A stretch of DNA of 61,681 nucleotides, the filler included, from Choristocarpus tenellus KU-1152 (Eukaryota > Protista > Phaeophyceae): NCBI GenBank assembly GCA_964200185.2. It is 10 parts of 10 records of this genome, joined end to end, with 100 filler letters (N's around TTAATTAATTAA, not from the genome) between each part and the next. Parts side by side here need not be neighbours in the genome. Positions count along the whole stretch, not along the records: positions 46,166 to 54,588 come from CAXNAD020004730.1; positions 54,689 to 58,064 come from CAXNAD020020447.1; positions 58,165 to 61,681 come from CAXNAD020019496.1; 7 more parts are not named here. One strand, 5' to 3'. Below the pieces are notes generated by a model that saw only the letters and a program-made list of their open reading frames with translations, made no database searches and had not been told where the DNA came from. Position numbers and translations under genes: made by a program. Shown piece after piece: positions 51,000 through 61,681 of this stretch. The first letter of the stretch is position 1; every line of letters starts with the position of its first letter.

Positions 51000-53700
51000 T
51001 TCACCTCAACGAAAAGGATCTGGCGTCGGCGAGAGGAGAAGGGGGGGGGGGAGGGGGGAGGAGGGACGATATGTTGAGGACCAAGCAGATACCGGGTGTC
51101 CTAGAGCAAGTCAATGGGGAGGGTGTACTGGCAACATTGCTCATGAAGGTGCGCAAATGGAAAAATGACCAAAATGGTAAATACAAACTGCAACGCAATT
51201 GTGCTCTACATGTCGCAAGTTCCGTTGTGATGAGTTTGGCATCCCTGCTTGTATCTGCAAGGGAGAATCTAATCTGTTTTGTACACGAATGAACCAGTGC
51301 TGGCGAAGTTTGGGGCACTCAAGGGTGGTATTCATGGATGAATATGCCTCATCACCCTCCTACTGCTTCTGCACTTTCCATTACTGTCTTTGCTCTTTCT
51401 TCCTGACTCGTTCCAACGTGTGACTGTAGTCGGATGGGAGAGTCCTAGGACGAGCTGGTGTCTGGCAAGCCAATGGGGACAATGGCGAGGTGGTGGATTT
51501 GGACTACAAAATCGTAGGGGCAATTGCCGCTAACATCTGGAGCGATTTCGATCGGGCAGGTAGGACAACCCCGTCACGTTGAGAGTGATAGGATAGTGAC
51601 TGGGGTTTTGTTTTGAGAAGGTCAGTTGGAAAAGTCCGAACCTCATGACAGTATGAACATTTTTCTCTCTAGCTGATCCACAGTCATGCTCTAGCATTCT
51701 TGAACCCTCCCGAATATATGGTGAAGCAAACATGCGATGCCGTTCACAACTAGTTTGTTCAGATAGACCAGTGGAGTGGTACCATATATCATGGCACGTC
51801 CTTCCTGGGTAGGACATGAGGTTGCAAATTTCTAGATGCTTGGCTCACATTTGGTTGATGGGGGAGAGAGCATATATCATTCACCTAATGGAGTGCAATA
51901 AATGCATCATAAGTCTGAGGAAGTAACATGCCCACTCCGTGTTGTCAATCAACCCTGAACGAGTTCAAAGTACAGTCTGACCGGTGCCCTGTATCCAGGT
52001 ACTCTAACGATGACGTACTGTGCCGAATTTCGATATGCGCAAAGATGTTATGCCAAGTTTAAGTTCAGGGTTCGTGAATTGCCTCTTCCCAACTTGTTGC
52101 CCTAGTGGACACTTATGTGCTGTCCATTTTGAACCCTCCACAGGCCAGACATTTACCGAAGAGAATAGTGAGCTTAGGATGACGTTGATGAGCCTCAAGC
52201 ATGGAAATCTTGGTGTTGCATGTGTGGGCAAGGGTTTCCTCATCTGCATCTATGCTGAGGTTTGTCAATATATTCGAGAGATATTTTGAGGTATACTGGA
52301 GATAGAGCATGGTAGATAATGGTGCAAGTATTATCTTTGCAGATGAGGACTGATCTAACCCCAAGGTACCTGACCAACTTGCCTACAAGTGGTACAATAG
52401 AACCACTTTCCAAACCCAATACTAAACAGAAGGAAGATAACCAGGAAGAAAAAGACCTCCCAGCTCCAACAGAAAGAAGGCGACTGTGTACATGATAAGT
52501 GGTGTTCTTTGAAGTTTGGTATGTACGATTTTAGAAATGCAAATGAGTGTGATTGTTTTATCTGTCTGTAGATTATTGGTGATGACTCCGGATCAACATT
52601 GCAGAACTATCGTACTTGATCTCGTGAAGTCCTGCCTACTTCTATGATGCGGTAATTCAATCTTGTTTATATATTACTAGGGTAAGGGTCGTAGTGTTGC
52701 GAATCGAAGTGTTTGGCGAGGATGAATGAAATTGGCGTGAAACCTTTCGGTGTACTTGGTTAGAACTCAAGCAGGGCATGTGGAGTAAGTAGAAAGTGCT
52801 GCTGGATGCATCACACATACATGTGTTATTGAATGACCAATTTGATTTATTCCCATCTCTTTTTCTATACCATCAGTCTTCAATTTGATTGAATTGTTGT
52901 GATTTAGTAACACTAGCAAATATTGGAGCGGCACAAGGAGTGGCAGTGTGTTCAATTAGGTTGACTGAAGATGGGCTGGATGGTTAGGATTGTTGTACTA
53001 GTGCGAGTGAGGGTTCGACTCTCCTGGATTAAGGCACTTCTGTTGAAGGGCAGTAAGAAGAGAGTCTGCCGGATCAACAAAACAGATTTAATTGAGTCAG
53101 GTTGATTGGTTTGAGATCTGTTGCTGCGAGAACTGCTTGGGGAATACACAAAATGGTTGCCTTCCTCCTTGCAGGTGTTCTGCAGTAGCAGGGCACGTGA
53201 GAGGTCTGTTATTGTCTCTAGGACTCTGTGTGGAGCTTCGGGATGTAGCTATAACTGTCATTGGAATTCCACAACACTCAAATGGTTGCCCCAGAATTCT
53301 TGGTGTCTTCTTTGTGAATGTGGGTAAGTGTATCAGCCTCAACATATTGTACGGCGATTGATTGCTTGTCTACTGTGTGGCCATTACACTTACACGCATG
53401 CGTGAAGAACACCTGCACAAAAAACCCATGTAAAATGAAACTCCCCTTCACTGCAACGCAATAGCCTATATAGTAGTTCAAGTATGGTGACTAATGAAAG
53501 GATACATTATGCTTTGCCCTATTAGTAAGAAACATCTTGAGGTGTGAAGGACATTCTTCAACCAATGTGCACGTTACACTCCTACGTTGGTTTAAGAACT
53601 ACCCTTTTTGTTGTAATGAAGCAATGACATGCATTGGCATTGGCACTTCTTCCATCCCTTCGTTCTTTTTTTTTGTGGTCATACTTGGCGCCATGATTAA
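51000..53700 (-). mobile_element. Heavily degraded non-LTR retrotransposon (RT plus possible C-terminal zinc knuckle/RLE); boundaries approximate
   Basis: Minus-strand fragments in LINE order: PRDNNRPLT (yRPI), TPKGFTPISF (PQG..SP.lF), RYLGL (YLG), LECPKL and THHNGTC (CP..RHN), RTPGICLV (RPDi). Many stops. Confidence 0.4.
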
Positions 53701-54588
53701 CTTTTGAAATGCTTTAAATTGCCTATTTGTGTGGACACTCACTGCCAGACTGACCCTGCCTCCTCTGTGATGTGCTTGTATGTTGTCTGTTTTTTGTTGT
53801 CTCACCGTTGCCAACCTGTTAAGCAGCCCATGGTTAAGATGGGTCTAATTAGGGCTAAGCTAGACACATTGCATAAGTACCTTGAAGTTGCTCTTGAGCA
53901 TGTGAATCCATAAGGCAGACGCGTGTATCTGGGCAGAGGATGGTGCTGGGTGGAAGTAATGGTTGGGTCCAGACAGATTGATTCATTACCTCTCTGTCGA
54001 ACCTCTGTGAGTGTACATTAGTGTGCGTAGGTACCAAATTTTTGAATCAAGATAACTTCCCTGTGTATCATCAATGCAAGGAGCATGACCTGCAGCGAGC
54101 ATCAGATCCTCGTTGGAGGGCACCTTACTTGGATGTTTTTGGTTGAATCGTTTAGTTTGTTCTTCGTAATACCACTCTTTGTCAATTGTGGTGCCACTGC
54201 TTGCTTTTTGGTGGACATTGAAGGGGAGGGAGGAGGAGAGATGGGGTATTGTTGTGGATTGAGATTATCAATACACAAGTGTGTATTCTGTACAAGGAAG
54301 CGGGTCTTGCCTCAAAGTCCTAAATGGCATCTTTGGTTGGTTGTGTAGGGTAGTTCTATTCCAGATGTGAAGTAGTGTAGCAGGGTAAAGTCCAATTTTT
54401 TCATAGGTGAAGGTTCAAAGGCAATAAATTATTTTCTTAATCTGTTTTTTGTGCAGCTGTTGCTGTTTTTTCGCTGTAGGGTTGGGGTGTGTTTTCTTTA
54501 TTGGTTCCTTATTCTGCCCTCATCTACCACCCCCCCCCCCCAGCCACCTGTTCCAATTTTTTTTTGATGTGTATGCAGTAGTGCATTG

Positions 54589-54688
54589 NNNNNNNNNNNN
54601 NNNNNNNNNNNNNNNNNNNNNNNNNNNNNNNNTTAATTAATTAANNNNNNNNNNNNNNNNNNNNNNNNNNNNNNNNNNNNNNNNNNNN
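54589..54688. other. Artificial contig spacer
   Basis: 44 N + TTAATTAATTAA + 44 N. Confidence 0.97.
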
Positions 54689-55068
54689 TCACTAACTCTC
54701 CACACAGCATCTCCCCCATCACACTGTTTTTTTAAGGAAGAATATATCTCTCTCCTGAATAATAGGTCCCCCCCCCCCCCTCCTCCCCCATTCTGACTTT
54801 GCTCAATCAAGATTTTGCTTTATGCATAAAGGTTGCATGCTCAAGAAACACAAGCAACATGTAGAGATCTATGCATTGAACTCGAGACACCTCGACACAT
54901 GGAAGTTCTACTGCAACCCAATTGATATTCCAGTAGTGTTATTGTATGGGACGAAAAGATGCTTTCAAGCATATGCTACTATGAGTGTTTAATGTTGCCC
55001 TCTCTTGTGATATCCAGATGCAGTATAATGTGCTGACATTTCCGAAACAAATTGTCAACCTTCCCTAA

Positions 55069-56477
<1,409 letters not shown>

Positions 56478-57379
56478 GTGAGTTCAGTGTCCTTGGTACC
56501 TTTATATTTGTGCTGGGTCAAGGCTTAGTGTAGAGCTAACACATTACCTTCTTTTTTTTGTTCATGCATCTATTATCTTGTGTATGTGATTTTAGTGCAA
56601 TGTGTGTTCTGGCATTACACATGAAATCATGTATCTGGGGTGGCTGGTCTCTTCAGAGATGCTATGTACCTTAGTGGAGGTGTTCCAACTGCACTGAAAC
56701 AATGAAATGAGATATCCCACAAGATGCGCTGATGTATCTTCGGCATTTTGGTTGGCAGTATTATTACTTGCCCCCTGTCTCAAGCCCAACCATTTACTCA
56801 GAGTAAGTGTATCCAAGAGGAGGGTATGTCTTGACCGTTTCTGAGTTGCAAGGGGTTTTCCAACTTTTTTGGAAGAGATGACAATTGAGAAGGGGCATCA
56901 ATAAACATTATTTGCCTCTGCCCACAAATGTAGCCACAATACAACCAAACATACACAACAGCTGTGGACCTAGTGCTTTGAGAAAAATGCACACCAGAAA
57001 GTCATAGATGCCCTTAATATAACTCAGGTGTACCCCCCTCTAAGCTACTTAGACTCTCAACAACTTTCCTGATCTTGCTCTTTCCGACATTCCCTACCCC
57101 CTACCTCTCCAATCTGAGTAAAACTTGCTAACTGTTGGCACAAACAAGACCTGTCACTGTACGGAGATCACCGAACTCCTTATTGCCAACTCCCTCTCCT
57201 ATCGTGTTGAAAATCTGTTGCCTAGTATTGTTGAGACACGTTTTTGACCTCTGGTCCTGAAATGATTACATGTCAATATTAGCATTTAATTGTGTCTCTC
57301 TGTAGCGCTAACCCTTCAAACAAAGAGTGACGCCAAAATTCAGGGCTTTTCACCCTGCCAGCAAATTGAAATGGTCCCA

Positions 57380-57635
57380 TCTGCCAGCCGGACCAGTCCA
57401 GTCCCACAATTTTTTAACATTTCCCAGTTCTGGACCAGGTCAAAAATTCTCCAACATGCCCATTGGGTATTTTACTGGTCCATGTCCATTGGCCGGACCA
57501 GGTCTTGCATTCTCTAATGTGTTTGGACCATGTCCACTGTGCAATTGTACTAGTCCATGTCCACTGGATGACCAATCTATCTTTTTTCTGCCATGTCCAT
57601 ACTATGTCCACTACGTGTTGCACAAAGTCCATGAT
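57380..57635 (+). repeat. Cluster of short GTCCA(T)GTCCA / GGACCA motifs
   Basis: GTCCATGTCCA and variants recur several times in ~250 bp; possibly subterminal repeats of a DNA transposon. Confidence 0.5.
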
Positions 57636-58000
57636 GAAAAACGAGTACATATTCAGAGGTCAAGTTGTACTCCAGTGTATGTACATAGATGGTACTCTTT
57701 CAAATCTTCTCTGAACTTTCTTGGTTCGAAATCATGAAGAACAGTTACCACTTATGTACAGCGAGAATGTCAGGAGGCATATATGCATAGATTAGTTTAT
57801 TTTATATATTTTCTCTTTACAAGTTTGACCCTTGATGAACAAGTGTCAAATTACACATCGAAGTACAAATCGCCTCACCACCCAAGTACCAAACACATAA
57901 TGATTTATTTGTATTCAATTTTGGATTTCAAATTGTCTCTAAAAGGGTAAAATAGAAAATAATATTGAAATATCAATACAATTTTTGTTCCCTGATACAT

Positions 58001-58064
58001 GGCTCAAAGTATCTGGGAGGGGGTGGCGGCTGTCCATTTGGAGTCAATTTTTTCATGTCACGAT
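58001..58064 (+). mobile_element. MITE family A, left end (truncated)
   Basis: GGCTCAAAGTATCTGGGAGGGGGTGGCGGCTGTCCATTTGG. Confidence 0.8.
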
Positions 58065-58164
58065 NNNNNNNNNNNNNNNNNNNNNNNNNNNNNNNNNNNN
58101 NNNNNNNNTTAATTAATTAANNNNNNNNNNNNNNNNNNNNNNNNNNNNNNNNNNNNNNNNNNNN
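58065..58164. other. Artificial contig spacer
   Basis: 44 N + TTAATTAATTAA + 44 N. Confidence 0.97.
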
Positions 58165-58335
58165 CTGGGGGGGGGATCTGCACCAGGGTGTCCATTTGGT
58201 CCATTTGGACCATAACCAGGAAAAGTGCACTTACATTATACATCCCATGTATGCAACCAAATCACCCAAAAATCGCAAGATGAAAAAATTGATCCTAATT
58301 GGACAGCCGCCACCCCGTCTCAGATACTCTGAGCC
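58165..58335 (-). mobile_element. MITE family A, near-complete copy, reverse orientation
   Basis: Ends CAGATACTCTGAGCC; the interior is the reverse complement of 49298-49463. Confidence 0.82.
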
Positions 58336-58479
58336 TGAACTACAGCATATATATTCCAAGTTGAAACTGTACCTATACACCTCCTAACACAAACTATAAC
58401 GTGGACAAAAGTAAAGAAAGAATCCCAAGAATCAGTCAATCCTCTCCTAGCCCATCAACCTGGAGCCTTCAGTTTGAAA

Positions 58480-60200
58480 CATGCATCACTTCTGGAGATT
58501 GCCACCTGAGCAGTAAATGATGCGATCTGTCGTAGGCGTCCCTTCAATACTCCCTGCTGAAACCCCCTGCCCCTCTTCCATCACCCACAACATGAGTCAC
58601 CAGCTTATCCAGAAGTTGCTCTTGAATCTTCCCATCGCGACAGTGTTGAGGTGTAAACTACAAGGGTCAGAAGATCCGCAATAGTGGTTTCGGTTTCAGA
58701 GCAATGCCGTTGTTCATTGATGATTGTGCTAGGTGGCAGTTCACATCAACTTCATCGAAGGCCACATCCAGGAGTAATCTCATTTCTCCGTAAGGGGCAG
58801 TGGATTCATTGGAGAAACCTGTTGCACTGAAGACCGCATACATGTGGACATTTCGGTCAATTTTGGAGGGGTCTCAGTCCCCCAAGGTGCAGTGGACGCC
58901 CATCTGCCTGCAGATGCTGCCCAGTTGCTGGAGCATGGGTGTGAGTGCTGCTGTACTTGGGCTCCAGCCCTGGGGCACGAGCGTCATGACAGGAGTCTAC
59001 CCCTTACCTCCTATATCCATCCTCTGGGCAGCCGTTGGAGATTGCCTCCTTCACTACCCCAAAAGATTGGGTCAGAGCAAGCTAAATTATGAGCGAGGAA
59101 TCAACCTTGCTAGTTCAAGAGGTTGGGTGGATGCCCAAGCATTGGCCCCTTTTTCACACTGGCTCTTGTGCCGAGCTAAAGCCATTGTAGAGGACTCCTG
59201 TCCAGGTCTGGGGTCGGTAGGTAGTTTTTTTTGCTGGGAGCAGGAAGAATCGAAGCAAACTCAGTTGAGAAGGCAGGTGATCTCATGCTGGGCGTCCCTC
59301 CTATATCATGTGCAGTCAGTATTTTGTCCTCTACGAGTTGCCCTGGAGGGGCTATTAGAACAATAGTAAGCCCCTGAGCTACCGAGGCAGTCAGGTGACT
59401 GTCCACCCATCCCCAGCCGACTATTGTGACCATGTCATCTGTGGGGATTCCTATAGAAAGGAGGGATGAGATGGAAGCTCCTGGAGCCAATACTATAGAA
59501 GTGGAGCAGATGGCAGCACCTAATTCCTTATTTTTGACGCCTTGTTTGCGTGCAAGGTGGGAGGGTAGGGTATCTGCTAATGAGTTCACAAAAGCAACAT
59601 GCTGGCCATGGATCGTGGAAGAGAAACCTAGGCCACCTACGATTATTGACATTTGGGCCTGTATCCGTTGGATGCATCTCTCCAAGCTCAGAAAAAAAAT
59701 AAACACACACCCTACTTAATAAAAACCATAACCTCGAGCAAGTCCGTCACTTCTGTTATCCTCTCTAAGGCCTATCGAGAGGTATGATCCGCTTGATATA
59801 TTGTTGGGCCTGCTAGTAGCTGAGGGGTGGCCCTTGCCATGTAGTTGAGGTGGGGGGAGAGGGACCAGTTATTGATGAACCATGACACCTGTTTATCCTC
59901 CACCTCTGTGACGTGGGTGGCGAGATCTCGTGACCTGGAGCTCTCCAGTACTTCGATGTCTTGGATCACACCCATGGCCCTATCCGGGGCTGACCCTTTG
60001 TTTCCCATCCGGGTCACCCTCTGCAAATCCCTTTGAATGTGCCCAATGTCGAAGGTTCTGCATTGGTCATCAACTCTTGCCACCTTCTTTGGCGCTTTAA
60101 GGAGTTGCTCCTCTGTCACTGCAGCCCAATTGTTTTTCAGTTTGCCCCGCACCAGTGCTCTCATCTCTGAGCTACGGTTAAGGACTCAGATGTTGAAGTA
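58480..60200 (-). mobile_element. Degenerate CRE-like (RLE-type) non-LTR retrotransposon, C-terminal part
   Basis: Ordered fragments: QMSIIVGGLG (Lp...GGLG), GANAW..P..F..CP..H (zinc-knuckle region), RLLLDV, and LKGRLRQIASFTAQVAISR (terminal RLE helix). Multiple stops and frameshifts. Confidence 0.55.
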
Positions 60201-60539
60201 TCCCAACTGGACCCGCGGCTTTGGGGCTTTGATGAAAGACAATGAACAGCTTAATGTAGATATGCAAAGTTAATATTGCAAAGGGCTTATGGTCTCGATT
60301 CCGCTGACTGAATACGTGGGTGAGACAAGTGCGGACTACCATGTGGGATTTGCAACGTCCACATGGATAATCAGAAAATAATCTTATCTACTTACCATAC
60401 GTGTCATATATGATATTTCAACGGATTATCCAATATGAGGTCCCGATCATACATGAACTACCATACATTATGAACGTTGTGTAGGCTCAACTGAAATAGA
60501 CGGAAGCATCTGACTCTACCTTTCCTCCATTACTCCACC

Positions 60540-60611
60540 AGTGGTGTCTGCATTTCCTAATCTACTCCACCGATGGTGTTTATAGTCTATCAGCAGCAAT
60601 ATCTACGAACA
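60540..60611 (+). repeat. Dispersed repeat C, copy 2
   Basis: Near-identical to 46166-46237. Confidence 0.85.
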
Positions 60612-61681
60612 TCGGACATCGTCATGAACGCAATTTGTATACCTCCTTTTGAGTGTTGCATCCTAAAACTTATCTCATATTCGCGTGGCTATCAGAAATT
60701 CCCTCACCTCCTTCTCAGCAAGTCTCTCAACCCGTGGAGGTTGAATATGCTGTGCTATCATCAATTTAGACCAATCGGTCTCACGCACCCTCCCCCAGGC
60801 TGTGCCAGGTCCATCTCTGTCGCTCATTGACATATTGGACCCTGTCCATCAAATAAATATGCTGGTTTCTGCCCGGTCGTGTGCACTCCAAGCTCCAGCT
60901 AGCTCCCGCAATCATGTGTTGGTCATCCCCAGCCAATTCTAATGCTGTGCTCAATCCTATGGTCAGGTCTCGAGAATTAAATTGAATTATAGACAGTTCA
61001 ACCACAGGAACTGATCTATGATAGCATGTAAAGACTCCACCCCACGTTGGGGCTTACAGCTCTGTTATTTGTTAAAGGAGTGACCATAGGTCTAGTCAAG
61101 GGCCACATATGGTCCAAACATCAAATAATGCATACCCCCATCTATGTTAGGAAACCCCTCCATGCTGTGTCTACAGGGGGTCAAAACTTTGTCTAGATCA
61201 GGAGCGCAACAGGGTGATCTGGTAGGCCTACTCTGGTTCTACCTTGCCACCTCAAAGGCACTAAAGAACATCCAGACCACGCTTGGCCCCTAGGGGTTAT
61301 CTCAGTGATTCATCCCTTCCTTCCCGTAAGATTGATTATACAATAATAGAGCCTTCTCATCAGATCTAGATACACCTGCAGAGTCTTCCTTTATACAGAG
61401 AAGCTCTTCGCATCCCCCCAAGGGCCACCATCCCCTCTAGTCAGAGATATATCTCTTGGTCACAGCAGCCATCAACCTGGCCCCAGACCCTGACGGGTTT
61501 GTGGCCCTTAGTGTTCCTATTATTGCCACATATGCTTTTCTCTGCACTATCTTGGATAGACTACACCACAACGTCAACGTCGTCAGGTGAGAACTCGGAG
61601 CTCATTGGGCGTCACAGTGTGTTGAAACCTGAATCGAATGCATTGTATATGATACATCGACTACGAAGGAAGAGGAATCAT

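Overview
This is eukaryotic, intron-rich genomic DNA, not one locus. It is ten short contigs joined by nine artificial 100-bp spacers (44 N + TTAATTAATTAA + 44 N), so adjacency across spacers means nothing. The intron style, the ciliary gene ARL3 and the wording of the RTE/CRE retroelement remnants suggest a stramenopile, probably a brown alga or close relative (inference). Genes were spliced by hand from GT-AG sites with phase checks. Two are complete: dynactin p62 (DCTN4) and ARL3. Nine are partial: a protein with a C-terminal F-box, an AGC-family kinase, a PTGES2-like protein, TBCE, MTFP1/MTP18, CCDC97, an ankyrin-repeat protein, a NUDT15-like Nudix hydrolase and a hypothetical protein. Mobile DNA includes the 3' half of a Ty1/copia element with an intact 179-bp LTR, older copia, RTE, CRE-like and mariner remnants, and two related MITE families (10 copies) that share terminal and subterminal motifs. 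The best leads are: the kinase with two tandem 1-8-14 calmodulin-binding-like helices; apparent paired loss of one zinc site in DCTN4; the MITE pair with a 4-bp TSD, one copy of which supplies part of a splice donor; and the C-terminal F-box. I found no multi-gene novel system, CRISPR array or RNA gene.
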